A stretch of DNA of 64,000 bases from Eledone cirrhosa (GCA_964016885.1 OZ024740.1:246636001-246700000); one strand, 5' to 3'. Shown: positions 38,571-52,509, counted from the stretch's first letter. Notes: generated by a model from the letters alone, not told the origin. Program-made: numbers and translations.

Positions 38571-38769
38571 ACATTATTGAAAAGATGACATTATTGAAAA
38601 AATGAGAAGGACAATTCTTAAAAAAAAAAGGTTTTATAATGTATATAAAGTATATAAAGTATTACCGGTTTCAATGTTTTATTAAAATTCATCTTATCAA
38701 ATGTTGATTATTACAATTAAAAAGAATTAATAGGAACTAAAAATAGGAATTAAAAACTGAAAATTAAAG

Positions 38770-38800
<31 letters not shown>

Positions 38801-39273
38801 AACATAAATTATCGAGATTCGCATTTCGGCCCACGAAATAACGAAAAACAACCTCCGAGATGTGAGGCAAGTGCTCAATGGTTCAGATGAACCAGAGCTA
38901 TAACAAACGTTAAACGCCAAACACACTGAGACGATGGTTAAACAATAATTCGCATAGCCCAAAAAACGATCAAGTAATTCGGGTATTGAAAATTTACCCG
39001 GACCCTGGAAGGTTAGTAACATCCAGTATTTGGGTTTCTGCGGCTCCTAAATCAAGTACCGTCCGCTTACATAAATAATGTCAGGCTTCTGGTAAGATGA
39101 TTGAACAAGGAAGCCACTTTCTCAACAGGTTTTAGTTCAATATTAATACAAGGACTGACTATTGCTGACTCCACGTGGGGATCGGCAAGGGAGGCAGCCC
39201 CTATATCAGGCGAATAAATTCAGTTGTGTATATTTTTGCAAGAATGCAAAAACATCACAAATCGAATAGAGTT

Positions 39274-39342
<69 letters not shown>

Positions 39343-39439
39343 AAGTATGACCCCGACGGCAGAGCTCAAGCCGTTTCGACGGCTATTTCTGGACTAAATT
39401 AGAATTCCTTACCACATCTCCTTCGTTATATATATATAA

Positions 39440-40090
39440 ATAGAAGCAACTACACCCCACCAAAAGGCAAGAACAAATTCCTCGATCAATTCTGCGATCA
39501 ATTCTGCGAACATATTACTAATTACCCATAACACCACCTACACAGACATGAACAAAAACCAAACCTAAGCAAAAAAGAATGGAATGGTCTTAACAGTCTA
39601 AAGAATGACAAAACCCTAACAATCAAAGAGGCAGATAAAGGGAGTGCAGTGGTCCTTATGAGGACATATTACTACACGACTCTAGTACTCTCAACTCTAG
39701 AAAACCATACATATTACGAAAAGGCCCAACACTACACACAGCAGAAAATAATGAGAAACCTAAAATCCCTAACAACCCTTTACAAAGAAGGCCTTACAGA
39801 CAAGGAATACAACTACATCACCAATTTCAAAAGCAGAACCAGCCTTTTCTACGGTATCTCAAAGACACACACAAAAGCAAAGTAATAGGCAGGGCCTGCA
39901 AGCAAGCCACAGACGTTTACATCAATATACCCCCTCCTGATGACCTTAAATTAAGACCCATAATAGCAGGTACCACATGTGAAACCCACCGCCTAAGCAA
40001 CTTCCTAGATATTCTGCTTAAACCTTTCCTAAAACACATAAAAAGATGCATAAGGGACGACCTTGACATGCTCAACCACCTCCCAGCATC
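39440..40090 (+). mobile_element. Internal fragment of a related Penelope-like element (pre-RT and RT N-terminus)
   Basis: IKEADKGSAVVLM, FYGISKTH, LRPIIAGTTCETHRLSNFLDILLKPFLKHI. Confidence 0.85.
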
Positions 40091-41842
40091 TTTAGTGACG
40101 CTAAATAAAGTAACATGTTATTTTGAGCCAGAATTAATTTAAGTGGTACGTAGGCTGTATTTTTATTTTTATTTTTATTTCTGTTTTTATTCTCTTTAAT
40201 CTCTGAATATATATTTGGGTTTGACCCTACCTAGCAAATATGCTAAGGTATTTGGCGGATTTAATGACTTGGGCACTTGAGTTGTTTTCCTTTCTGTTTT
40301 GTTTAGACTGGTTAGCCACATGGATCGCTGCCGCTGTTGCCAGAAATTGTATTGACATGTTCGGGACTGGATGGTGTATGGAGACTTGGTTGGAATTGAA
40401 TCTGGAACTGATTCTTGAACCATTTTTAATGTACGGCCTCTGATTTTTTACATAGAGTGGTTATTTGTTGTATTAATCCAGCATGTAATTTCATGGGTTT
40501 GGATGTGATTGTTACGTTTAATATCCTACTACTTCTGTTTAACCCGTGGATATTGGGAAATATGTAACCAATTGGTCTAGCCTGTGTTGCTAATATGCAT
40601 GAGTAATAACTTTGCCGGTTATTTTACAGCAACTAATATAATAAGATAGCTTCAGCTCTATCTTACAATAACCCCGATCTACTTGTGCATAGCTTGTTTT
40701 TATACCGTGACTGTCTATTTACTTGTATTACTCAGCCCTACCCTATAATAACCATATTTTGCTTGTGTAAGGCTTGTGCTTTTATGATACCTTCCTATAT
40801 GCTTGTGAGCACCCATTGGCTACCTAATTCTGGTACCTACCAATATACCTTGTATATCATGGTGGTGATTCGGATTACTGTGGTCTTCCGGGATGTATCA
40901 AAAAGACCTCTTAACGCTTATATATAAGTTACCGAGATCCTTCTCACTCGTGTTACTAGGTACCTGCGCTTGTACTATTTAGGCTTCTCTATGTGCTTAT
41001 AACTTGTAACTTTTTTCTTCTTTCTGCATTTATTTCTTTATTTTAAAGAATTTCTCTTAGGTAAAGTTTTTTTATTTTTATTATTTATTATTTATTATTA
41101 TTTTTAATTTTATTATTTTTTTTATGAAAAAAAATTTTTTGTCCTATTTTAATTTCTTAATTTTTTAATTTTTTAATTATTTTATATATTTTTAATTCTT
41201 TTTAATTTTTAATTTTATTATATTATTATATTATCTTATCTCATTATCGTTTATTATTTTATTATTTTTCATTATATTTTATTAATTTTTTAAAATTATT
41301 TTACTTTATTTTATTTTATTTTATTATCTTTATTATTTTTATATTTTTTATTACTTTATTATAATTTATATTATGTTTTAACCTTTGTCTGTATCTTTTA
41401 TGTATTTTTTTATGCTTTTGCATTTTTTGCTTTTACATTCTTTGCTTTTGCGTGCCATCTAATATATCTTCATCTTGTTGAATCCGCTTATTCCTTGGCA
41501 TTTAGCAGAGATGCTTGACAACCCCAGCATGCACCTCTTTGTTCGCCATCTCCAATCTCCCTATTTTTATTCTGATTGTTCGTGTGACTAGGTCTTTGTG
41601 GAGTTTATACTCAACACTGTATTTATTAGGCTCTGAATAATCCCACCAAAAGGTGACGATGAAACACTATAAGTAAATAAAGACTGTTTGAGTTTGTAAG
41701 CGTTCTTTGGTTTCTTTTGCATATAACGGCTCTGTTATTGTACATTGAGCTAACACAATACTGCCATAATACAGTACGGTGCGTGAGTGTTTATACACAT
41801 ACGCTCCGTGCTTTACGTAAATAAATAAATATATAAATATAT

Positions 41843-41976
<134 letters not shown>

Positions 41977-42058
41977 GTATATATATGTGTATATATATAT
42001 ATATATAGAATGAGAAAATGCTAAGTAATTTCAGACGTTAAAGTCCTTTATTGGTAAT

Positions 42059-42133
42059 GCTGTGATACATATTTCAATGACGTCAGTGACCACACGATTC
42101 CGCGTACCCAGTGGCGTGACATCATCAGACAGC
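42059..42133 (-). ncRNA. Type I hammerhead ribozyme, long imperfect stem II
   Basis: Minus: gctgt-CTGATGA-tgtcacgcca...tgacgtcatt-GAAA-tatgta-TC-acagc. Confidence 0.75.
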
Positions 42134-43097
42134 TTCTTATATAATAAGGTTACGTTCCCAAGGCAATCCAAACAGAAACGACAAAGGAACGGACAAAGCG
42201 TGTGTTCTTGAATCGCCTGCCCATCCCCCTGTGGTCAACAATTCACCCCCGTAAATCTGCGCAGGCGCAAACGGAAGCTGACCAACCACTGCACCAAACT
42301 CATCAAAAACTAGCCCAGGCAGGCCCCCTCCCTCCAACCAAACGAGCACTCTATCCTGGCTGGTAATATGAACTGTCAAAGTATACTGCGATTTGCCTTG
42401 TCAGTGGCAACTGACCGAAATCTAGTGGTGGTGGCAGAGTATGAGTTTCAATAGGCCTTAATCTATGTCTGGACAATGGGGTTGACCATCCCCGCTAAGA
42501 GAATATAAACTTATTTCTAGATATTATGGTTTCACAGTGGAAGTTAAGATTGAAAATTAGAAATTAAACGTTAAAAACTTGATTGAAGTGAATAAAAAAA
42601 AATATGTATATAAAGAGTAAATAGGGAAATTTTTAAATTAAAGTAAGAAGTTTAGAAACGGGGGTCAATATTGGATACTTCAGATATATTATCAATATAT
42701 TGAACGATAGTATCGTATAGTAGAAGATAAATTAAGGTATGAAACGTAGTAATTAGGTAAACAATTAGTTAATATCTTATTCTACCATATGAATCAAAGC
42801 AAAACCAAAAGAAAAGGTACATAGATGTAAAACGAGAGAGGAAACATATATGAGAAAGTATATATATGAGAAAGTTAAACATGTATATCGGTATGGAGAT
42901 GAAGGTAGAAGTAGTGGAAATGTTTGTCAATTTGACCATGTAAAGTGTTTATAAAAATTCGTTGTCGGATGGTGTGAGGAGGCCTCCGTCCGGAGCCTCC
43001 GTGCAAAACGCCAGTTGCTGCAGGAAAATAAGGGGTTTTACGTTACTTTCAAGTCCGCTCATTTCATTGGTCGAAAGTTTGTTACACACACACACAC

Positions 43098-43194
<97 letters not shown>

Positions 43195-43699
43195 CACATG
43201 TACATATATACATACACATACATATACCCACACACATATTTACATACACACATACACACACACACATATATATATATATATACATACACATATAGACATA
43301 TACACCCATAAAAAAGACTAGAAGCAGTGAGAATGGAAAGTTAAATAGCGAATAGGTTAGTAAACTGGAAGGGAAGTGTTAGATAAGTGGTCAGTGAAGG
43401 AAAGAGGGTAGGGATTTCGCTGGTCGAAGCGTTTAGAATAGATAAGCTAAAGAGTGATGATGGTAATAAATGTTTTCTTACCAGGCTGTCCCTTAAGAAA
43501 AAGATAGATTGGGGAATCCATTAATATGTAAATTGGCGCCATAAGATCCTGGCAGTTGGAGCAATAGGTAGGGTGGAAAGTGAGATGTAGGATCGAACCT
43601 ACTGATAGTCAAAGAGGAAATTATTGTTTCAGTTATGCAGAGAAAGGGGCTTCGATGGAAAATGTTCTAGGATTAGGTTATCTAGATGAGAGAATAGGT

Positions 43700-44805
43700 A
43701 TTATGCTAATCAGGGTGATCCCTGGCGAAGGTACGTAAGTCCCTGTGTTGGCAATTAAAAATCCTGTATGGTGAGAGTTCAACAGATCCAAACCAGACAT
43801 AATCTCCATCACACAAAGGCCACAAGAGCGCCTTTCATTTTGGTATGGGCGTGCAACCTTTATACGGACCAGAAGAGAGTATAATCCGTATTGCTTTGTT
43901 TCAAGTCCCAGATCTTTTTCGCGACGGCGGTTGAGTTACTTAGCCTAGGATCCTTGAATGAATGTAAGTGCACGTACCATATCTTTAAAAAGTTAGAAGC
44001 TGCATCCACATACTTATACGTCCCTAAATTAGTTTCGACCACACACTGTTAAATCATGTTCCGATGCATACACATTCGATTTAAGGGGCAGTTGTTAGGT
44101 TGTCGGCAGTTACACTGCGTCCGTACATACTGTATGGGATCATTATTTGTATCTGCATTAGTGGTGGTGTTCGAAGTGTGGGGAGGTTGCATTTGGTTCA
44201 CACACACATTATACAGTCCATCCAAGAGGGTGGATAATCTAAAGAACTGCGTTGCTAATTTAGAGATAACTAGTTCGTTATGTGGAGGGTTAAACCACAG
44301 ATAGAATTTGGAGTGAGTGTGCTTAGGTGTTATACTGTCCAGCGATTCAGTTTTTCAATTATCAGTTGAACAGAGTTTCTCACGGTTGCTTCTCCTCCTA
44401 GAGTTTGAAGGTCCACATTGCTGCCAATTCCTAGTGGGGTAAAACCTTCGTCTCCCGGTTGGTTTGTCTATGTTAAATTCTATTTTTCCATCATTGCCAG
44501 CCTCGTCGAGGGCTACATTATAATATCCGCATGTGTGTTGAAGGTGGATTCAGTGGCGGACAGTCTGGTGTTTCTTAAATTTAACATTGCTGATTAAATC
44601 CATAAGTTGGTCTCAAAGGCCCCTAATGCTGGTTGTGCGGTGGGTTTTTGTAGGATTTGAATCCAAAGTTAATCAGCAATGTTAGATTTAAGAAACACCG
44701 TTACCGTAATAGTTTCCGGTGAAACATCCGACCTACTCTGAATCGACTGGAAAAAACGAAAGACATACTCATCTGGGCAGATAAAACTGAGGTCAATAAA
44801 ATAAA
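43700..44805 (-). mobile_element. Rearranged Penelope-like element (N-terminal piece, thumb, GIY-YIG; RT core missing; short inverted piece)
   Basis: Minus: FGFKSYKNPP..FETNLMDLISNVKF, RLSATES..YNVALDEAG, CNCRQPNNCPLN, NSTAVAKKIWDLK; plus 44668-44805: LISNVRFKKH...ILIWADKT. Confidence 0.72.
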
Positions 44806-46233
44806 GTGCCAGACTAGAACTTCTCAATTCCTCTCTATCACTTTCTATCCTTCTCTGGAAGAAATCTAGTGTACTCAGGCCTGGAGAGGTCCAAGAAACA
44901 GCGTATATCACTACGGCACCCCTACGACTCCATGCTGTTGCTGTTACTGATGATATATATATATATATATATGAATACATATGTGTGCGCCCTTTGTGTT
45001 TACGTATGTGTCTCTGTCTGTGTTTATGTTTCACAAGAAAAAAGTGGTCGATGAAATAAATACCAGACTTTAAATAATATGTACTGGATGCGATATGGTC
45101 GATTAAATGAATGCGGTGCCCCAGCATGGCCGTACTAGAATGGCTGAAGCCGGTAAAAGAACATAAGAATGAAAGAATCGTATGTGGTATCTGAAAGTGT
45201 TCAAGAGAAGATTGTCGGAGTGGATGTGCTATTTGCTATCATTCCTTTTATCTACTACTGCAAAGATATAGGACACGTTCACTCTAGATTCTGACATTTC
45301 ACACAGAATTACTTTGCACCTTTTTTCTACAATGGATTCTTTTATATCATCATCCATTTCTTCTTCTTCTTCTTCTTCAGATTTGCTGGTACTGTGGCAA
45401 ATTCGTTTGTTAAACGTATTATCATCATCATCACAATACGCAGCTGCAGCATCAACAGGATCATCATCATCACAAGCTGCAGGAGCAGCAGCAGCAGCAG
45501 CGACATCAAATTTGTTGTCATCGTTATCATTATTGTCAGCATCACTCCACCCCTACCCCCACTAACATCCTCCAAATATCATCAATTTTTAGTCAATTGC
45601 CATCCAACTACAAATTTCATTCTTTCGTTTATTCTCCTTTCTCCAAAGTTATGTTCTGTTTCTTTTTTAATTTTAAAAATAGATAAATATAAATGAATTA
45701 TAAAACAGAAGAATTGCATCAAAACAACACCAACAAAAAAAGAAAAGGAGAAAATAATCAACTAAACGAACAGAAAAAAGCCCAACACGTTAAAAAACCG
45801 CACATGTGTGAGAGATAAAAAATGTCGGAAGACGTCGTTTGCTAACACCTCCTACACAGTCGATAGTTAATGAATTATTGCCCTTGTTTCGTTTTTGCTT
45901 CAGAGTTGGATATTTTAAACATAACCGTTGTTGGCCTGATGGTATCTTGAATCAGAATAAAAGAAATGAAGTGAATTAGAAGCTTTTATTCAACGAGGAC
46001 AAACATTCATCTGTATACGTCTTACTTAAGAGATATTATCATCTCCCAGTGAAGCAGGCGTTTTGGTATTCGTTTTAGTTTATTTGTTTGCCAGGAAAAT
46101 AGCGCCTCTTGTCTGCACGAACATCAGTGGAGCAAAGTACAGTTGAACGATCTCAGAAACTGTTCCACATTTAGAATTTGATAATGTTGTTTTTCATGTT
46201 ATTTCTATTATGTTATTATATTAAGAGCAATAG

Positions 46234-46423
46234 TGTTGGATTGGCAGTATCGGTAGAGTGTCGGACATCATGCTTTGCAACATAGAGTTATGGCCCTTTA
46301 CATTCTGAGTTCAAATCCCGCTGAGGTTAACTTTGCCTTTCATCCTTACGGGGTCGATAAAATGAAGCACCAGTAATGCACTGGGGATAATTGCTGGCGT
46401 TGTACCAAAATTAGAAACAATTG
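46234..46423 (+). mobile_element. OK-like SINE with 15-bp target-site duplication
   Basis: A box tggcagtatcgg, B box gagttcaaatccc; TSD tattaagagcaatag at 46219-46233 and 46424-46438. Confidence 0.9.
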
Positions 46424-46649
46424 TATTAAGAGCAATAGCTGGCAGAATCGGTTTTAGAGAAAATGACCTGAAATAACGAGCTTAGTTCGAGATTAATTTT
46501 AGCTTTCATCCTCCAATGATTGTTAGAATAAATTACCAATCCAGTACCGGGATCGATTTAATCGTCTTTTCTTCTCTCAAATTGCTGACCTTCTGTCTAA
46601 ATTGTTGCTGTTGTCGATGGTAATGATAATAATATTTTTATTGCGTGCT

Positions 46650-47980
46650 TTCATTTCACTACCACGTGCAGTTATATGGGTTTGGCCTATATGTAATGTT
46701 TTGTATTTTCTATTGCATTGAAAGCACTCTACATATGTGTGTAGCACCTAGTAGTTGTATGTATTTGTAAATCCAGTAATTTTTGTAATATATTTTTCTG
46801 CATTTTTTTAATTCATTTCCAAGACACTTATTGAAAAGTTGTTTTTGTTTATCTCCATATTTTTATAGCTATAGTATCATCTGTTGGGGTTGCTACTTCA
46901 ATTAGGAGCTGTTTTGGTGATCCTTTACAAAATATCTGGCCAAGTAGCAATGATCTATCTATCCATGCGATTAGGCATATGTCTGAGTAAGGTGGTTTTG
47001 TTATTCTCTGTGACATTTTCGGGTGAATGTTTATCACGCCTTAAGGTTGATATAATGTTCAGTATCTGAAAGCTCCAATTCTTCCATGTCTATAAATGTA
47101 TTCTTTATTGTCTAAGACTAGGCAGATAAAGACAATGTCGTTTATTGTTTCTTCGTGTCTTTTCTTTCATTACCTTTGCTTCATTACATGCATCTAATGC
47201 GTCCGTAATATTCTTTCTTAATCTTTTCTTCCATTTGTGTGCGATGTACACTTTCTAGCTCATTGATTTCTAAAAATGTGTATGTTTGTGTTTTCTTTTC
47301 TTTATCTAGCATGGTATTAGCGTTCGTAAATAATTTTCCTCTCATCATGATTGCCTTGTCGCATTTTTCCAATTAGAATCTTTTAGCAATTTCTCATGTA
47401 GTATATGTAGTAATATTTCTAGTTGGTTCTATTGGCAGCGAACGACCTGAGGTCTTCTATACATAAAAAAAATAGTTGATTGTTTTACCATAGCATTTGT
47501 GCTCGAAACTTGTCGGTTGAAGCTATTAATACCGGGAAAAAAGAAGTGGAGAAACGGATTAATTTGGTACATTCCACTTGTAATGATGATGGGGTTAATT
47601 CTTTTAATTTCCTCTTTTGTCTACATATGTAGGATTTTTTCCTATAAAATCATGGGATGATTAATCTATTTGCTTATCGGTGGTGCTAAGTTTCTCATGT
47701 TAACAGGCTGGTTTTTCCAGACGTATATTTATTTTCTGCTATATTATTAAAGTTAAGGCTTTGCCAGTTGCAAGAAGATATGTTGTCGGAAAGCAAGTTA
47801 TAGTACTTTAGTTTTTAGGGCTTGCTGTCTTAAGAACAAAAATGGTTTCCTGTCAGTGAACCGGCCAGGTGCTCTCCTTAACGCCGTTATAGGTCATTAA
47901 GCATCCGTGTTAGCTTTTTATGCGTTATCGTGAAATATTTATACTAAAGGCATGAAATCTTATGCTCTAGTGCCTTCCAG
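46650..47980 (-). mobile_element. Highly degenerate REL-endonuclease LINE fragment (R4/Dong-like)
   Basis: EKCDKAIMMRGKL, KIKKEYYGRIR, PDI...LLIEVATPTDDTI resemble R4/Dong RT and REL motifs. Confidence 0.55.
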
Positions 47981-48330
47981 TTGTTTGCTTTTTGCAGTGT
48001 CTGTGTTATGTCATGTGTTAGTATGGCCTTCTGAGAGTGTTGCGAACCTGTGTTTGTTGTTTGGAACAATCCCATCGTCGCTGCATATACTCCCTCAACA
48101 GAATTCTTTTACTTCTTTCGACATTGGTTCTGCATTCTACTTTATTTAAAACGGAGTGGAAATCAATGTTTGAACTCAGACCGGTAAGAGCCATAACTGT
48201 ATGCTGCAAAGCATGGAGGCTCTACCGATACTGCCAATCCAATACTATTGCTTTTAATATAATACTTGTTTCTCCGCTGTTTGCCAGGGTTTTGATATTT
48301 CTATATTAGTAGATATGAGGGAATACTCAC

Positions 48331-48354
48331 CTTCGGTTGTTGCTACAGAGGCGG
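48331..48354 (-). CDS. Candidate 24-nt micro-exon (phase 1-1; xASVATTE)
   Basis: Minus: tatatgcag|ccgcctctgtagcaacaaccgaag|gtgagta; consensus donor, weak acceptor tract. Confidence 0.3.
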
Positions 48355-48879
48355 CTGCATATAATATTTAATTTAACACGGTGGTATTATTGTTCGTATC
48401 CTTTTTCATTATGTTTGTGATGGCCAGTTCCACGGTTTACATATTTGTTGTTCTCCTATACTTGGAAGATACTATACTATTTTCACGTTTGTACACTCGT
48501 GTACTAATGAGATACGTACTCATACTACATAGGTGCCAGTACATCTCCGTATATACCTACATATATGCAAACGTTAACACATATTCACATAAACCTGGAA
48601 CTGTCTTGACTCAAACAAAAAAAGACTTGTCATTTAGTAAGTGGCTTGAATTCTTAAATAAGTATTAAAGAAAATATACATATATGGATCATCTGTACAC
48701 AACAATGAAGCCTATAATGTTAATTGAAAGAAGGTGTAGCACTTGGGTCAAATATATCTTTTATTAAAACAACGATCAATATCGCCATATCTAAATAGTG
48801 TATGTTAGTGAGAAAGGATGTCATATATGCGCTTATATATGAATGTAATGATGTATGTATGTATGAATGTAATGAAGCA

Positions 48880-48943
<64 letters not shown>

Positions 48944-49333
48944 TAAACTGCTATAGATAAAATGAGATTTCTTGATTCAATTCCCTAATGCATATACCAG
49001 CTGGCTACTAGCATTGATGTTATTCAGTAGCAGTCGAAATCTCCCCCTTCCTTAATTGACACTTTATAATTAATACTACTACACCAAATGACCAGCCCTG
49101 TCCATTGTTCAATTGGTCAAGTATAGATTAAAATAGGCACTCCCAAAAATTCTTATTTAGATAAAATAAACCATTTACTCATTGTATTCTCATTAGAAAC
49201 CCTTGAAACCCTTTATATAGTTGTTTAGCAGTAAATTGAATTACCATCTGTCATATACTATCCCCTCTGTTCTTCCTCTATTACAACTAATATAAATACT
49301 TCAATTTTTCTGATTTTTTCCAATTTATCCAAA

Positions 49334-49450
49334 ATCTCTGAAGAAGTGACAACTGATTATACATTTGCTATCGAATACTTGCTAACATTATATGATTACG
49401 CAAGCAGCGATACATAGGTATTCCGTCTGTTACAGAAACATATGTCAATA
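49334..49450 (+). ncRNA. Hammerhead core with ~90-nt stem II region; stem I decayed
   Basis: CTGAAGA-agtgaca...tgttaca-GAAA-catatg-TC; palindrome ACATATGT. Confidence 0.55.
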
Positions 49451-49609
49451 CCTAATAAATTCCTTTTTTTTTAAAAAAGCACTTTCATTTTATATTCATC
49501 TTTTCTACATTTTCTCCGGAATATAATTTATACTCGTTGAGCTAACCTGCACGTACGCTGTTCATCTCTAACGTAACGATATATTATCACTATATTATTG
49601 ATAACCTGA

Positions 49610-49662
<53 letters not shown>

Positions 49663-50050
49663 ATTTCCCGCGTCAAAGACGCTACTTTTTTCCCTAAAAT
49701 AAGTGTCAAAAATCTACCATGCGTCCTGGAGGCCGAAGGTTGTTTATTATTTTTTTTTCAAATTTTTGGTTGTCACAATTAGGGTACGTCCTCAAGGACG
49801 AAGCGGCTGCTATATTGTATTTCTCCTGTGTTTTGATCTCTCCATTTACTCCACCACCACTCTTGTTTGTTTATTTATATCTTTCTACCTTTGCTTTATT
49901 AATGTGCTTTTTCCACGTATTCTACTTCTATATATCCATGTATTTTACTCCTCTTATTCGGACTTTTACTCGCTTGTACCCATTAGCACACGACACTAGA
50001 ATGTCTCCCTCTGAGAACTAAAATACCTAATACCCGGACTCTCCTATATA

Positions 50051-51210
50051 AATTAATAGTACCCGTTTGGTATAACGATGGCATAACGACGATGGATGAC
50101 TCCCCACTAGCACACCCGAAGCCTGGAATACATTCATTGAGTGCTTGGAATAATTGATTTCCATATCTTTCGCTAGGCGATCTCACTCCGAATGGCTGAC
50201 ATGTGATTAGGATGGGCTGGCCGGGGTCTGCAGTCGCCACATGCTGTCTGACTGCTAAACAAGGACATATCCTTTACTCTACACCCCACTAGGATAACTT
50301 ATAGAGGATCTCTATAATACAATTAAAGTTTCTTCATAAAAGACTCTCTCTTTAACTAAACCTCGCAACCCAAAACCTTAAAAAAAAATATATATATATA
50401 TATATATTTTAAAACTGTTTAATTTTCAATTTTCTAATTGTTTAATTCACAATTTTCGAACTCTTTAATTTTATAATGTTAATCTTTAAATTTTTTTAAC
50501 TTCATCCTATAAATCTAAACAATAATTTAACGTTCCAATTTTCTGTCGGACTGTTGGGTTGGTTTTCCTGGCTGCGGGACCGGCCTCCTGGCGCATAGGC
50601 CTACCTTGAGTGCTTGGAAAAGTAAATTTCCCCTTCTTTCGATAAATGAAACTACTCGGAGCGGTTTGATTCGCCATAGGGGCCCGGCGCACAGCCGGTT
50701 TTTTGATCGCCATATAGTATCTTTAAATTATAGACCTAATCATAACTATTAGATGTATCACGCCTCCCTCTACTTAAACAAATCCCCCTCCTGGGTAAAT
50801 TAATAGTACTGGTTTGGTACAAGGATGGCCTAACGATGAGGGCTGACTTCCCACTGGCGCACCTGAAGCCTGTTATACATTCCTAGAGTGCTTGGAAAAA
50901 TTGATTTCCATATCTTTCGCTAGGCGATCTCACTCGGAGTGGCTGACACGCGGTTAGGATGGGCTGGCCGGAGCCTGCAGTCGCCGCATGCTGTTTGACT
51001 GCTAAACAAAGACATAATCTTTACTCTATAATACAATTTAAGTTTCTTCATAAAAGACTCTTTCTTTACTGAAACCTCGCAACCAAAACCTTAAAAATGT
51101 TAAACTGTTTAATTTTCAATTTTCTAATGTCTTTAATTTTATAATGTTAATATTAAATATTAAATTTTTGTAACTTCATCCTATAAATCTAAACAAACAT
51201 TTAACGTTCT
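50051..51210. repeat. Direct repeat: about 50051-50536 and 50798-51210 within an unclassified ~2-kb element
   Basis: aattaatagtac..tttggta...gagtgcttggaa..attgatttccatatctttcgctaggcgatctcactc...cctataaatctaaacaa in both. Confidence 0.85.
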
Positions 51211-51698
51211 AATCTTGTGCTCACACGTTATAACATGCAGACCCCCACTATATTTACCTCTGTGATAATATATACCTCTGTTAAGATACGGGTCCTTTAG
51301 AATAACATTTTTTCGCGCCATTCCTGGCCTGACTGTAGCTTGACATCAGTACGGACTTTTCTTCCTCTTTCTTTCTGTCTTTCTTCTTGTAGCTCGACAT
51401 TAACGCTGACTTTTCTTCTTCTTCCTCTTCTTCCCCCTTCTTTCTGTCTTTTTTCTTGTAGCATGATATTAACGCTGACTTATCTTCCTCTTCGTTTCTG
51501 TTTTTCTTCTATGTGACCGGGAGGGTAGTAGCACACTATAAGCCTTACCCCCCTCACCAGATAGCCGCAAGTAGACCGAATAGCCAGCACTTGAGGGCGA
51601 CCGGCTAAAGTGGAAGATGCTAGATGGTCGGTCGTCCTCCGGTCTTTGATTTTCAGCCCCATGGATTTTATCTATTACATTCATTTATTATATTTCGA

Positions 51699-51756
51699 AT
51701 ACCTGATGATATCACCGGATTCATACGGAACCCGGTCTTTGAAATGATCATAGTAT
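51699..51756 (+). ncRNA. Type I hammerhead ribozyme
   Basis: atac-CTGATGA-tatcaccgg..ccggtcttt-GAAA-tgatca-TA-gtat followed by aataaa; palindrome ATGATCAT. Confidence 0.8.
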
Positions 51757-51806
51757 AATAAACCTTTCAAGGATTTACTCAAGTCCAGCCTCCTGTCATT
51801 TTATTA

Positions 51807-51896
<90 letters not shown>

Positions 51897-52039
51897 TAGA
51901 AGGGGTTTTTAATTTGTTGGAAATCCGACAAATATAAATATAAATGTTTATAACTGATTTAGAGCACGATCCAGGGAATATCCAACTGATAAGGTATGAT
52001 TTTCCTGGGTATGCGTCTATTTATAAAACAAAGTTTGTG

Positions 52040-52102
52040 TATTTTATCTGAAGAAAGCGTACCAAAGTGTTTTGGTACCCTTGAAATATATATAATAAAA
52101 TA
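52040..52102 (+). ncRNA. Type I hammerhead ribozyme (family C)
   Basis: tattttat-CTGAAGA-aagcgtaccaaag tg ttttggtaccctt-GAAA-tatata-TA-ataaaata. Confidence 0.87.
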
Positions 52103-52141
52103 AATATGGTTTTATAAATATACTTTCCATTTATTTAATAT

Positions 52142-52197
<56 letters not shown>

Positions 52198-52236
52198 GAT
52201 ATTAATAAATGGAAACTATATATATAAAACCATATT

Positions 52237-52301
52237 TATTTCATTATACATATTTCAGGGATACCACATTAAATTATGGTATGCCTTCATCAGACAAAAT
52301 A
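52237..52301 (-). ncRNA. Type I hammerhead ribozyme
   Basis: Minus: tattttgt-CTGATGA-aggcataccata..tgtggtatccct-GAAA-tatgta-TA-atgaaata. Confidence 0.85.
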
Positions 52302-52444
52302 CAATATATAACAGTTTTAAAAATAGGTTTGACGTACCCTTTAAAATACAACCATTACTTTTGGAGGCTGTCTGGTTGTATTTTAAAGTAATGGTTGTAT
52401 TTTAAAGAGTACGTCAAACCTATTTGTAAAACTGTTATATATTG

Positions 52445-52509
52445 TATTTTGTCTGATGAAGGCATACCATAATTTAATGTGGTATCCCTGAAATATGTAT
52501 AATGAAATA
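52445..52509 (+). ncRNA. Type I hammerhead ribozyme
   Basis: tattttgt-CTGATGA-aggcataccata..tgtggtatccct-GAAA-tatgta-TA-atgaaata. Confidence 0.85.

Noticed and set aside
38655-38706. HHR-like TTGATAA...GAAAccggTA on minus; similar decayed motifs at 41630-41672(+) and 57098-57134(-)
   Set aside because: Core mismatches or unpaired stems I/III; not counted as ribozymes
44690-44780. CAGATGA...GAAA on minus
   Set aside because: Better explained as plus-strand PLE coding sequence (ILIWADKT)
49657-49735. TIR-like start ccgtatttcccgcgt after a TA tract
   Set aside because: No matching second TIR found; cannot delimit an element
51340-51510. Short repeats with variable spacers, superficially CRISPR-like
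   Set aside because: Degenerate pyrimidine-rich tandem units in eukaryotic DNA; no cas genes and no constant repeat-spacer periodicity
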